Source: Spirochaetia bacterium (GTDB lineage Bacteria; Spirochaetota; Spirochaetia; WTKD01; G963693115). Taken from it: DNA of 64,000 nt. The position numbers and the translations under genes were made by a program. The notes beneath the pieces were generated by a model that was given only the letters and a program-made list of their open reading frames with translations, had not been told where the DNA came from and did no database searches. This document shows, piece after piece, positions 10,521-20,553 of the stretch; position 1 is the first letter of the stretch, and each line of letters begins with the position of its first letter. The stretch spans positions 152,695 through 216,694 of the forward strand of contig CBDDCA010000004.1 of NCBI GenBank assembly GCA_965226055.1, given 5' to 3'.

Positions 10521-12342
10521 GTTTATTTATTTAGGAATTTTTTTTAGTAGTGTAGTTCTCTTGTTTTTATCTTTTTTATATCGATATCAAATTATAGATA
10601 ATCAGCAATATCGAGATTATATTGATAAGCTTGCTACACGACAAAATCAGCTACGTTCTTTGCGAGGAAATATTTATGATCGTAATAAAGATGTACCTCT
10701 TGCAATGAATGTCAGTGCGTATCGTATTATTATGGATACAAAAAAATTTCCAATGAAAGAGAGAGCAAAGTTAGTAAAAGATCTTTCTCTTTTACTAAAT
10801 GTAAGTGAAAATTTTATATATTCTGTACTGGATGAAAAAAAGAAAGAAATTGTGCCTCAGGTTTTACTGGATAATTTACAATATGAAGAAGTAATAAATA
10901 TAGTAGAAAAAATAGGGAATTTTCCGGGCGTAACATGGCAAAGAGTAATTAACAGATATTATCCTCATAATAGTTCTATGTCACATATTATTGGTTTTAT
11001 AGGAAAAATAACAGATACAGAGACACGTTTATTAAACTATGAAGGGTACACGGTCTATGATGAAATAGGAAAAGCAGGGATTGAAAAAGAGTATGAAAAG
11101 GAATTACGAGGACAGGCTGGACAAAAAAAAGAGTTAGTCAATGTTTTTGGTGAAAAAATTGAACAAAGAAAAGAGATTGTAGAAACAGTAAAGCATGGAC
11201 ATAACCTTATATTAAGTATAGATAGAAATATTCAGGAGATTGTAGAGAAAGCTATTGGTGACAGGGTAGGGGCAGCTGTGATATTGAAACCACATAGTGG
11301 GGAGATTCTTTCGATGGTGTCGTACCCTCGTTTTAATCCTAATATTCTCTCTCTTAGCTCTGATAAGAAACTTATTTCTGATATTATATCGAATGTAAAC
11401 TCTCCTTTTTTTAATAGAGCTATTCAAGCAAGTACTTCTCCTGCATCTACATTTAAGGTTCTTATGGCACTTGCATTTTTACAAGAGTATCCTCGTCAGT
11501 GGGATTATTCAATATATGATGAAGGGTATATTACTATTGGAGATAGAGTCTTTTCTGATTGGTATCGTTTAGGACGTGGGTGGGTTTCTATTTCTGATGC
11601 TCTTGCGTATTCTAATAATACATTTTATTACAGTATAGGGGTAGATAAACTAGGTATTTCAAATATAGTGCAATATTCATCGTTTATGGGCTTAGGAAAA
11701 AAAACGAACATAGATTTACCGGGAGAAGTGAAAGGAACAATACCAAGTCCTCGTTGGAAATTTTTACGGTATAGAAAGCCTTGGCTTGCTGGTGATACAG
11801 CAAATATCTCTATAGGGCAAGGGTATCTTTCTACTACCCTTATACAGCTTGCAAATCTTACTGCAGGAATTGTGAATGAAGGTACTATTTATACCCCACA
11901 TCTTCTTAAAGAAGTAAGGGAACAAATTTCTGGTACGGTAATTAAAAAAATTGAGCCTGAAGTTCTTTATACCATAGATACTATAGATAAAAAAGTATTT
12001 AAGAGAATGAAAAAGGATATGCGTGGAGTAGTACAATATGGTACTGCAGAAAAAGTTATTACTACTGATGCAGTTGCAATAGCTGCAAAGACTGGTACAG
12101 GGCAGGTATACGCAGATGTAAGTGAGCCTCATTTTAATTCAATGTTTATTTCCTATGCTCCTTATGATGCTCCTGTTGAAGATCAAATAGTGTTAGCTAT
12201 TTGGATAGATGCAGTAAATGAATGGGAATGGTGGGCTCCTAAAGCAGCGAATATTATTTATCATGCTATCTTTACTGATAGTACCTATGAGGAAGCTCTA
12301 AAATCATTGAAAGATAAAGGGACCTGGTATTTATATGAATAA
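10483..12342 (+). CDS. mrdA: penicillin-binding protein 2 (likely start ATG 10510)
   Basis: RGNIYDRN, RYYP, STFK (SxxK), SNN (SxN), KTG. Confidence 0.96.
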   Translation: MFFLKRIQDMKSKFIYLGIFFSSVVLLFLSFLYRYQIIDNQQYRDYIDKLATRQNQLRSLRGNIYDRNKDVPLAMNVSAYRIIMDTKKFPMKERAKLVKDLSLLLNVSENFIYSVLDEKKKEIVPQVLLDNLQYEEVINIVEKIGNFPGVTWQRVINRYYPHNSSMSHIIGFIGKITDTETRLLNYEGYTVYDEIGKAGIEKEYEKELRGQAGQKKELVNVFGEKIEQRKEIVETVKHGHNLILSIDRNIQEIVEKAIGDRVGAAVILKPHSGEILSMVSYPRFNPNILSLSSDKKLISDIISNVNSPFFNRAIQASTSPASTFKVLMALAFLQEYPRQWDYSIYDEGYITIGDRVFSDWYRLGRGWVSISDALAYSNNTFYYSIGVDKLGISNIVQYSSFMGLGKKTNIDLPGEVKGTIPSPRWKFLRYRKPWLAGDTANISIGQGYLSTTLIQLANLTAGIVNEGTIYTPHLLKEVREQISGTVIKKIEPEVLYTIDTIDKKVFKRMKKDMRGVVQYGTAEKVITTDAVAIAAKTGTGQVYADVSEPHFNSMFISYAPYDAPVEDQIVLAIWIDAVNEWEWWAPKAANIIYHAIFTDSTYEEALKSLKDKGTWYLYE

Positions 12343-13672
12343 AAAGATAGATTTTGTTATGCTTTTGTCTGTTCTCACTTTGCTTATTGTAGGGGTGTTG
12401 GCAATTTATTCTAGTTCAGTTGATATACATAATGAAATTAAATCAAACGAGTATATTCGTCAAATTATTTTTATTGTACTTGGTATTGGTTTATTTTTGA
12501 GTATACATCTTATTTCATTAAAAGATATTCAAAAATATGTTGTTGTATATTATATAGTGTGTATTCTGTTGCTTATCATAACATTATTTTTTGGACAGAT
12601 AAGAAATGGAGCGAAATCATGGATTGGTATTTGGAATTTTGGAATACAAATTTCTGAATTTTCAAAAATTGCGGTAGTGTTAATGCTGGCTAAGATTGCT
12701 GAAGATGGAGGAGAATATAATTTTAGTGCAAGGTTTATCATACGTGCTTTGTGTCTTGTTGCTATTCCTTTTGCGCTTATATTATTACAGCCCGATATGG
12801 GTACTGCTTTAGTATACATTCCTATACTGCTTTCTATTTTTTTTGTGTCTGGGGTACAGTGGCATCGTATCATGTTTGTAGTGTTTGTTGGGATTGTAAG
12901 TATTATTACATTGATTTTGTTATTTTTCTTTTATTCTTCTGATATTGCTTCTATCAGTCCTGAAGATATTATTCGTCAATCAACTTCTATGATAACTATT
13001 TATATCATAATACTGCTTTCTTTAGTTCTTTTAAGTTTGGTAGGTATCAATCTCTCCCATTTTAAGAAATTTTTTCATGTTTCATTATATATATCGTCAG
13101 TGTTGAGTGTAGGGACTGTTTTAGCAGTAGCTGCTTTGCGTATACTGAAACCGTATCAGTTACAACGATTGCTTATTTTTATAAACCCTAACTCTGATCC
13201 TCTTAATACTGGATGGCATATTTTACAATCGAAAAATGCTATTGGAACTGGAGGATTGTGGGGACTAGGGTTTCTTGAAGGTAATCAGTCAAAATTACAA
13301 TATCTTCCAATGGCACAAACTGACTTTATTTTTTCGGTTATAGGAGAAGAGTTTGGATTTATAGGAGCATCGTTTGTGTTGTTGTTGTATTTTGCTATTA
13401 TGTGGAGAATACTCATTATTGGATATAAATCTTCTAGTATTTTTGGGGCTATCTGCTGTGCTGGTATATTTGCTATTTTCTTTACTCATTTTACGGTAAA
13501 TGTTGGCATGACATTGGGGTTAATGCCAGTAACAGGCATTCCTCTGATGTTGCTTTCGTATGGAGGCTCTTCTTTATGGACAGCTCTTATGTGTATAGGA
13601 ATAGTCCATACTATTTTTTTTCAAGAAACGAAATATAAAGCTGGGGCTGTTGCGTTACTTGTAGTAAAGTAA
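12335..13672 (+). CDS. rodA: SEDS peptidoglycan glycosyltransferase RodA
   Basis: GAKSWI, QISEFSK, LQPDMGT, TDFIFS..GEEFG, PVTGIPL..LSYGGSS. Confidence 0.96.
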   Translation: MNKKIDFVMLLSVLTLLIVGVLAIYSSSVDIHNEIKSNEYIRQIIFIVLGIGLFLSIHLISLKDIQKYVVVYYIVCILLLIITLFFGQIRNGAKSWIGIWNFGIQISEFSKIAVVLMLAKIAEDGGEYNFSARFIIRALCLVAIPFALILLQPDMGTALVYIPILLSIFFVSGVQWHRIMFVVFVGIVSIITLILLFFFYSSDIASISPEDIIRQSTSMITIYIIILLSLVLLSLVGINLSHFKKFFHVSLYISSVLSVGTVLAVAALRILKPYQLQRLLIFINPNSDPLNTGWHILQSKNAIGTGGLWGLGFLEGNQSKLQYLPMAQTDFIFSVIGEEFGFIGASFVLLLYFAIMWRILIIGYKSSSIFGAICCAGIFAIFFTHFTVNVGMTLGLMPVTGIPLMLLSYGGSSLWTALMCIGIVHTIFFQETKYKAGAVALLVVK

Positions 13673-13858
13673 TAGTAACATATCCAATATGTAGGTCATA
13701 TTTAGGGGATATAATAGTGTATTGAAAAAATATGTACAAAAATTACATTGAACATTAAAGATTAAAAAAATATGTAAATGTACATGAAAATAAGATATTT
13801 TTTATATAGTATGCTATCATTATTAGATAAAATACTATATACTTAAAGCAGAGGCTTA

Positions 13859-14317
13859 GTGAGAATGCAAAGAGGACTTTATGATGTCATTGATTTTTCA
13901 AAAAGGGTATTGGTAGATATTCCTTTTGGTATCACAAATCTAAAATTACAAAAATTAATGTATTTTATCTATGGGACCTATTATTGCGAAACAGATAAAG
14001 AATTATTTAATGAAAGACCACAAGCATGGGATTATGGTCCTGTATTTCCTAAAGTCTTTTATAAATACAGAAGCAGTGCTGGTGGAGATATAGATAATAC
14101 TCACATTTTTTCTAAATTAGAAATTGATGATAAAAAAGTAAAAAATATAAAAGAGGCAGTACTAAACCAATTAGCCGATAAATCTGATTCTAAGTTAATT
14201 GGTATGACACATATAGATAATGCTGCTTGGAGTCGTGTCTATAAACCTGGGGTAAGAGGTATACTTTTAGATCTAAAGGATATTAAGAAGGATTTTGCCA
14301 AATATGTCAGAAAATGA
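13859..14317 (+). CDS. Panacea-domain (SocA/GepA/DUF4065) antitoxin
   Basis: ITNLKLQKLMYF, LFNERPQAWDYGPVFPKVF, L..MTH...AW signature. Confidence 0.92.
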   Translation: MRMQRGLYDVIDFSKRVLVDIPFGITNLKLQKLMYFIYGTYYCETDKELFNERPQAWDYGPVFPKVFYKYRSSAGGDIDNTHIFSKLEIDDKKVKNIKEAVLNQLADKSDSKLIGMTHIDNAAWSRVYKPGVRGILLDLKDIKKDFAKYVRK

Positions 14318-14663
14318 ATCAGAAGATATATTAGAATATGATTACAGTGATCCACAAGTTCAAGAAAAAAATAAAGACGATAATAGAGAACAAGAGTTAG
14401 AGAAATTAAGAGAAAAAGTGAATCAACTAGAAGCTGAAAGACAAAAATTAGCTGCATTAAGTTCAACATATATAAGTATTATTGTGATTGGAAGTGCTTT
14501 ACTTTTTAATATCTATATATTTCATAATTTTAATTTCAATATAGTAGGATCTATTATTATAGGGTTAATTGAGGTGATAGCACTGCTTATAATAGCAAAA
14601 ATGTATAAGATAAGCGTCATCAATAATCTATGGGAAGAAATTACATCTCTTTTTAAGAAATGA
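14295..14663 (+). CDS. putative toxin partner of the Panacea antitoxin; acidic/coiled N-terminus plus 2 TM (start may be ATG 14304)
   Basis: Overlaps the Panacea stop; two hydrophobic segments YISIIVIGSALLFNIYIF and IVGSIIIGLIEVIALLIIA. Confidence 0.6.
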   Translation: MPNMSENESEDILEYDYSDPQVQEKNKDDNREQELEKLREKVNQLEAERQKLAALSSTYISIIVIGSALLFNIYIFHNFNFNIVGSIIIGLIEVIALLIIAKMYKISVINNLWEEITSLFKK

Positions 14664-14743
14664 TAAAAAGTAACAATACTTATATTAGCATTCTCCTTTA
14701 TCTCATATAATCTTTGAATTTACAAAAAAACTCTCATTTTCAC

Positions 14744-14773
14744 TTGATTTTTTTTTTTTTTTTATTTTAAAAT
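14744..14773 (+). promoter_or_regulatory. sigma70-like promoter TTGATT-N18-TAAAAT with a T16 homopolymer through the spacer
   Basis: TTGATT 14744-49, T run 14748-14763, TAAAAT 14768-73; SD AGAGGA before ATG 14815. Confidence 0.7.
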
Positions 14774-14814
14774 AAAGTAAATTATAAAAACAAATATAAA
14801 GAGGAACAAGTAAT

Positions 14815-16512
14815 ATGAGAAAAATATATCTCCATTTTTTACAAGAAATGGAAAAAGAATTACAAACTATTGATTATGATACCCAAAAGGTACGTGATTT
14901 GCAACAGTACATAGAATCAAAAGAGCTACTGCTTCCAGTGATAGGGCAGTTTAGCTCTGGGAAAAGTACGCTCCTCAACTCGTTTATAGGGAGAGATATA
15001 CTGCCAGTGGGCATTACGCCCGAGACAGCACTAGCATCAGAGCTGAGATATGCAAGTGATGAAAGAATAGAGGCTATCAAAAAAGATGGGGGCATCACAA
15101 CATTTTCAATAGACGAAATAGAAAAGATAAAGGAAAGAGCAAAAGATTTTTCGTATCTTACGTTTTTTATCAATAGTAATGTTGTTCGTGATATTGCTCC
15201 GTTAATCCTTGTTGATATGCCAGGCTTTAGTGCAGCCAATGAGTTTCATCAACAGGCTATTATGGAATATCTCAACAAAGGAGTGCATTATGTCTGTCTT
15301 ATCAGTGTTGAAGAAGGAACTATTCAAAAATCTATGGAAATACAGCTGAGGGATGTTAAGGAGTTTGAAAGAAAATTTTCAGTATTTTTAAGCAAATGTA
15401 ATCTCCGTTCTCCAGAAGAATCGAAGGAAATAGCCACTAAGATACAAGAACAGCTAGAAGATAATTTTGATGAACATATATCTGTTGTGCCAATAGATGA
15501 CAATGGAGGCGAAAGTCTTGGGACAGTCATGCAGGAGATACATATTTCTGATCTTGAGAAACAAGTATTTTTCTCAGGAGTTGAAGCGTTATACAGAGAT
15601 ATTTTAGGGAGCATCAATACAGAAATAGCATCTCTCACAAAAAGCAAAGAACAAAACGATGATGCCATTACTGCACTCAAAGAAAGTGTAGCAAAGATTG
15701 AACAAAAACGCGATCAGCTTATGAATGATGCTCGTAATACCTACACAGAGCAACATGCTCGTCAGATTATTGAAGCAGTAGGTTCTGATCTTTCAAGCAG
15801 TGTAGAGCAGTTTGTATCTATTGCAATGTCAGGAAACTCTGATGAGATGTCACGGCAAATATCAGAAGTAGCACGTTCATCCTTAATTTCAAAGATGAAA
15901 GAAGTTATGACTACTATAAGCAGTAGTATTATTGATACGTTTCAGCTTAATATACAGGATATTGAGACGAATGTATCAGGCTATACTCCTGATGCTTCAT
16001 TGCTTGAGAATATTGCAGATACAGTAAAAGGGAAGATGTCAGGTATACAACAGAGCATGACAGATATGGTAGCTGAACGCCAAAAAAAGAAAGGGGCAAG
16101 CGGAATATATATGGCTATTACTGGTATTTTAGCACTTTCTACTGGTGTTATTGCACCAGTATTAGAAGCAATAATTGTATTTTTGCCAAGTCTATTGAGC
16201 GGGCTTTTTAAGAAATCGAGAGAAGAAAAACAAAGAGAACAAATTAGATCTACATTGCTCACACAGACATTTCCATCAATAAAAAGAGAAATAGCAACTA
16301 AAGTAGAATCGTTATTGGAAGAGCAAACAAAAACCTTAATACAAGGCATTGGTACTCAGTATCAGGAATTGTTGGAACAAAAAAGCAAAGAGATTGAAAA
16401 AGCAGAGGAAGAAAAAAATAAAAAAATACAGGATATTGAACAGATAATAGCTACAAAAAAAGAATGTGTGGCACATATTACCTCTCTTGCAAACGAGAAA
16501 TTATACGGATAA
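14815..16512 (+). CDS. bacterial dynamin-like GTPase, LeoA-like
   Basis: G1 GQFSSGKS, G2 LPVGITPET, G3 DMPG, G4 SKCN; hydrophobic paddle near residues 430-462; size similar to LeoA. Confidence 0.88.
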   Translation: MRKIYLHFLQEMEKELQTIDYDTQKVRDLQQYIESKELLLPVIGQFSSGKSTLLNSFIGRDILPVGITPETALASELRYASDERIEAIKKDGGITTFSIDEIEKIKERAKDFSYLTFFINSNVVRDIAPLILVDMPGFSAANEFHQQAIMEYLNKGVHYVCLISVEEGTIQKSMEIQLRDVKEFERKFSVFLSKCNLRSPEESKEIATKIQEQLEDNFDEHISVVPIDDNGGESLGTVMQEIHISDLEKQVFFSGVEALYRDILGSINTEIASLTKSKEQNDDAITALKESVAKIEQKRDQLMNDARNTYTEQHARQIIEAVGSDLSSSVEQFVSIAMSGNSDEMSRQISEVARSSLISKMKEVMTTISSSIIDTFQLNIQDIETNVSGYTPDASLLENIADTVKGKMSGIQQSMTDMVAERQKKKGASGIYMAITGILALSTGVIAPVLEAIIVFLPSLLSGLFKKSREEKQREQIRSTLLTQTFPSIKREIATKVESLLEEQTKTLIQGIGTQYQELLEQKSKEIEKAEEEKNKKIQDIEQIIATKKECVAHITSLANEKLYG

Positions 16513-16553
16513 CAAGAAGAAAAAACAATATTAAATAGTAAAGAGGTATATAT

Positions 16554-18782
16554 ATGAACAAAGAAGAATTATTGACAAAGCTAAAAGGTATTGAAGCTAT
16601 TGTTAATAGCAATCATACTGTTATTGGAAAGGATGCAGAATATCTAGCAGATGACTGTGGCGTAGAAGAATCATCGAAAATACAAGATGCTATGAAACAT
16701 ACTGAAGACGAAGGGCGTCTATTAAAAATTGGTATCATAGGCAGGGTAAAAGCAGGAAAGTCTTCATTATTAAATTCACTTATCTTTGAAGGAAAGGATA
16801 TTCTCCCAAAGGCAGCCACTCCCATGACTGCCAATCTCACGGTGCTGTCCTATGGTGAGAGGAATGCAGCAGAAATAGAATATTTTAGTCCTGAGGACAG
16901 AGAAGATATTAAAAAGAAACATGACATATACGAAAAAAGAATGCATGATTTAATGGCACAATACCAACAGGAACATAAAGAAAAGCAAAAAGAAGAGCCA
17001 GCTGACAAAGAAAAGATAGAACGCAAAGCCAAGCGAGAACTAAAAGGCAGTATCGAAGAAGCCTCGTATGATCAGCACAAACGCATGCAAAAGTCAGGGG
17101 TAGATCCAACTCGCCTTGAAGAGAAAACAACGCTAGAATCAAATACAATGGAGGAGCTAGCCCATGAGCTGATAGACTATGTCTCAGCTGAAGGAAAATA
17201 CATGCCATTTACAAGAAGCATCCGTGTGGCATTGCCGAATGAATTTCTCAAAGACATAGAAATTGTTGATACGCCTGGACTGAACGATCCTGTAGTATCA
17301 AGGGAAGAAAGAACAAGGGAGCTACTACGGTACTGCGATGTTATTTTTATTGTGAGTCCTTCGGGGCAGTTTATGACCGAGCAAGACATAGAATTATTAC
17401 AGCGTATATCGACAAAAGAGGGACTGAGAGAGCTGTATGTAGTAGCAAGTCAGGTTGACACACAGCTATTTGGGAGCGAAAAGAAAGCTACAGTCATTGA
17501 TGCTATTGATGGCCTTAGCAACATACTTGCTACAAGATTGCAGGAGGTAATTTCAAAACTAAAAGAACATTCTCCTGAGGTAGGAGATAAATTAAATCAG
17601 CTTATTGAAAACAATCGTGAGCGTATTATATGCTGTTCGGGGATAGCACAATCTATTCTTTTGCGTATGTATGACTCTGGTACAATAACGGATGAAGGAC
17701 AAACAACAGTATGGAATAATCTAAAACATCATTATCCAAATAATTTTTCTGACGGAGACAAAACTACATCGGAAGAAAATCTAAGAGTGCTTGCAAACAT
17801 TACAAAAGTGGAAGAAAAAATACAATATGTGCGTTCTCAAAAAGAGAAGATTTTTGAAGACAAGCAGAAAGATTATATACATGCAAAATCACAAGCACTG
17901 AGTAACTATCAAAAAGCACTCCTTGATGCAGTAGAGAAAAAAATACAAGAGCTTCAAGAGGCTGATATAGATGAACTAAAAAAGAAACAAAAGGAACTAC
18001 AAAAAAGTAAAAAAACAGGAGAAATGAATCTTAATAAAACCTTCAGTGAGCTTGTATTAGAACTATGTATGGACATGAAGAATAGGCTCAGTGCTGGGGT
18101 AAAAGTGTTATTTCGAGAAGCATCACAAGGAGTAGCTTCTGCTGAGGGTACAAGTACAGAATATGAGACTGTTAATGATGGTGTTGGGGCAAAAATTGTG
18201 AATTTTGTTACTTTTGGTTTATTTTGTAAGGAAGAGACGACGAGTTACTCAGTTACAACAGTACGAACAGGAGATATACGAAATACTCTGAGAGATTTAA
18301 CATCAGAGATAGAAGCAGAGATAGAAAATGTAGCATATGAAAAAGTAAGCACATGGAAGAAAAAAATGCAAAGTACCCTTGTATCTTCTCTCAGAGAGGT
18401 AATGGATGATGAGTACTTGGATGATTTTATGATTAAAAGTATGCTTCATACCCTTGCCAATACCATTGTATATCCTGATATATCCTTTGAAGATAATAGT
18501 CTTAATTCTACTCTACGGCAATCAGGGACACTTAAAGAAGATGAAGCAGAGGAGTATATGGAAGCAGCCAGAGACTATATAAGTACTTTTAAGGCTTCTG
18601 TCACCAAAAAGACAAAACAATATACAGAGCAACTAAAAAATACACTTTCCAAATATGAAATTGGCACAGAAATATTTGCAAACATTGACGAGACTATCAC
18701 TGCTTTTGAAGACAATATAAAAAACAAAAAGGCGGTATTAGCACAATATGACACAATAAAAAAGGATTTAACAGTAGTATGA
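16554..18782 (+). CDS. bacterial dynamin-like GTPase, LeoBC-like
   Basis: G1 GRVKAGKS, LPKAATPMT, DTPGLNDPVVSR, SQVD; long helical stalk. Confidence 0.88.
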   Translation: MNKEELLTKLKGIEAIVNSNHTVIGKDAEYLADDCGVEESSKIQDAMKHTEDEGRLLKIGIIGRVKAGKSSLLNSLIFEGKDILPKAATPMTANLTVLSYGERNAAEIEYFSPEDREDIKKKHDIYEKRMHDLMAQYQQEHKEKQKEEPADKEKIERKAKRELKGSIEEASYDQHKRMQKSGVDPTRLEEKTTLESNTMEELAHELIDYVSAEGKYMPFTRSIRVALPNEFLKDIEIVDTPGLNDPVVSREERTRELLRYCDVIFIVSPSGQFMTEQDIELLQRISTKEGLRELYVVASQVDTQLFGSEKKATVIDAIDGLSNILATRLQEVISKLKEHSPEVGDKLNQLIENNRERIICCSGIAQSILLRMYDSGTITDEGQTTVWNNLKHHYPNNFSDGDKTTSEENLRVLANITKVEEKIQYVRSQKEKIFEDKQKDYIHAKSQALSNYQKALLDAVEKKIQELQEADIDELKKKQKELQKSKKTGEMNLNKTFSELVLELCMDMKNRLSAGVKVLFREASQGVASAEGTSTEYETVNDGVGAKIVNFVTFGLFCKEETTSYSVTTVRTGDIRNTLRDLTSEIEAEIENVAYEKVSTWKKKMQSTLVSSLREVMDDEYLDDFMIKSMLHTLANTIVYPDISFEDNSLNSTLRQSGTLKEDEAEEYMEAARDYISTFKASVTKKTKQYTEQLKNTLSKYEIGTEIFANIDETITAFEDNIKNKKAVLAQYDTIKKDLTVV

Positions 18783-20278
18783 TAAATGAAAATATATTGA
18801 TTGTATTAATTTCTACTATTGTCTTTATATGCATAGTAATGCTTATTATCCGCCTCATTCAGAACAATAAAAAAATAAAATCGTTAGAGGATACAATAAC
18901 TCGTATACATAAGAAATTACAAACACTAGAGGAAAAAATAGTTCACCAAAGCAATAATATAACCAGAATAGAAAAAGAGAAGACAGTATTAGAGGAGCAA
19001 TATATGAAAAAGAAGAGAGATTTTGATGCTCTTGAACAAGAATCACGAGAGGCACGTGGAGCAAAGGATAAACTAGACTTAATAAGTGCTATTCTTGGAG
19101 CAAAACTCCCTAGCAATGCTGGATTGGTTGAATTTAAGCGATTATTACGTGAAGATTTTCTCGATTTTGCTAATGAAGAATCTTCTGTAGCAGAAGAAGC
19201 TACATGTATATTAAAGTTACAGAATATTGAAAAAGAGCTAGAGCTTATGAGCAATTATTCTGCTATTATAGGAAAAACACGTATAGCAGTTGCAGGGGGC
19301 TTTAGCAGTGGAAAATCTAGTTTCTTAAATGGGATTATCCCTGATACAAACATTAAGCTCCCTGTGGGAGTAAATCCTGTAACGGCAATTCCTACCTATA
19401 TCATATCTCAACAATCAGAGAGTGCTGATACTACTATTACTGCTTTTTCCACAAAGGGAGGAAATACGCCTATCTCTAGTGAAATATATAATAAATTATC
19501 CCATGATTTTATCAACTCACTAGGGTTTAATCTAAAAGATATTCTTGCCTTTATGGCAATAACCATTTCAGAAAAAATATATGAACATATTTGCTTTATT
19601 GATACCCCTGGATATAATCCTGGATCTTCGGGAGAAAGTACTCATTCTGATACAAAAACAGCATCTGAGTTTGTGGAGCAATCTGATATAGTGTTGTGGT
19701 GTATTGATATTGAAAGAGGTACTGTGCCAAAAACAGATCTTGAATTTATAAGGGAACATTTACAAGAAAAGACACTCTATGTAGTGATGAGCAAGGCTGA
19801 TATAAAATCCTCTGAGGAAATTGAGGATATACTGGATGAGGTGGAAGAAATGCTCCATGATGAAGATATTGCCATAGAGGGAATCTCAGCCTGTAGTTTT
19901 CTTAATGGCATAGAGGAGAAAACATCAAGAAAAATGAATATAGACGATTTTCTCACATTGTATAACAAAAACAGTACAAAGCATGAAAAAGAAATACTCA
20001 TTGCTCGCGTAGAGGAGGTTTGTGATATATATGATAAGGCTATCAACGAAAGTATCAAATTTAGCAAAGAGCATCAAAAAGAATTACACTCTATTGGGCT
20101 TGATGTATTAGAGTTAGGAGTAGATGATGAGGATAAAAGTGTTAAAACAAGTAGAACGAGTAAAACAGGAAGAAGCAAGAAAACAAGTAGATCAGGAAAA
20201 ATAAGTAAGGAATCATCATCAATATTCGGATGGCTTGGACAGTTTGTTGGTGATGAATCAGATAATGATGAGGAGTAA
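18779..20278 (+). CDS. third dynamin-like GTPase with N-terminal TM and coiled coil (C-terminus possibly split)
   Basis: N-terminal TM, G1 GGFSSGKS, LPVGVNPVTAIPTY, DTPGYNP, SKAD; ATGA overlap with the previous gene. Confidence 0.85.
   Translation: MINENILIVLISTIVFICIVMLIIRLIQNNKKIKSLEDTITRIHKKLQTLEEKIVHQSNNITRIEKEKTVLEEQYMKKKRDFDALEQESREARGAKDKLDLISAILGAKLPSNAGLVEFKRLLREDFLDFANEESSVAEEATCILKLQNIEKELELMSNYSAIIGKTRIAVAGGFSSGKSSFLNGIIPDTNIKLPVGVNPVTAIPTYIISQQSESADTTITAFSTKGGNTPISSEIYNKLSHDFINSLGFNLKDILAFMAITISEKIYEHICFIDTPGYNPGSSGESTHSDTKTASEFVEQSDIVLWCIDIERGTVPKTDLEFIREHLQEKTLYVVMSKADIKSSEEIEDILDEVEEMLHDEDIAIEGISACSFLNGIEEKTSRKMNIDDFLTLYNKNSTKHEKEILIARVEEVCDIYDKAINESIKFSKEHQKELHSIGLDVLELGVDDEDKSVKTSRTSKTGRSKKTSRSGKISKESSSIFGWLGQFVGDESDNDEE
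20144..20215 (+). repeat. four 18-bp tandem units encoding KTSRTS/KTGRSK/KTSRSG/KISKES
   Basis: AAAACA/AAAATA starts at 20144, 20162, 20180 and 20198. Confidence 0.7.
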
Positions 20279-20283
20279 ACATT

Positions 20284-20433
20284 ATGAGCGATAGTAACAG
20301 CATAGGCGATAAACTGAGAGAAATGCAGAAAAAGTTTGATTATAAGAAAAATCAAGAGCAATTAAAGAAATTAGCTATTATCAGAAAAAAAATGATAGAT
20401 GCTATACATACTACTTTTGAATTTAAACACTAA
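20284..20433 (+). CDS. 49-aa ORF (MSDSNSIGDKLREMQKKFDYKKNQEQLKKLAIIRKKMIDAIHTTFEFKH); separate peptide or detached C-terminal helix of dynamin 3
   Basis: Translated by hand (below the ORF track cutoff); GAGGAG 8 nt upstream; helical character. Confidence 0.55.
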   Translation: MSDSNSIGDKLREMQKKFDYKKNQEQLKKLAIIRKKMIDAIHTTFEFKH

Positions 20434-20553
20434 TATTGTTGCATTCAAGATGTGTGAGAAATAGAATTTTTGGTGCTGACATGGATAACTGAAAAATGAA
20501 ATAATTCAGAGAGAAATGCCAAGAAAGAGAAAATTAGTACATAGGAAAAAATT

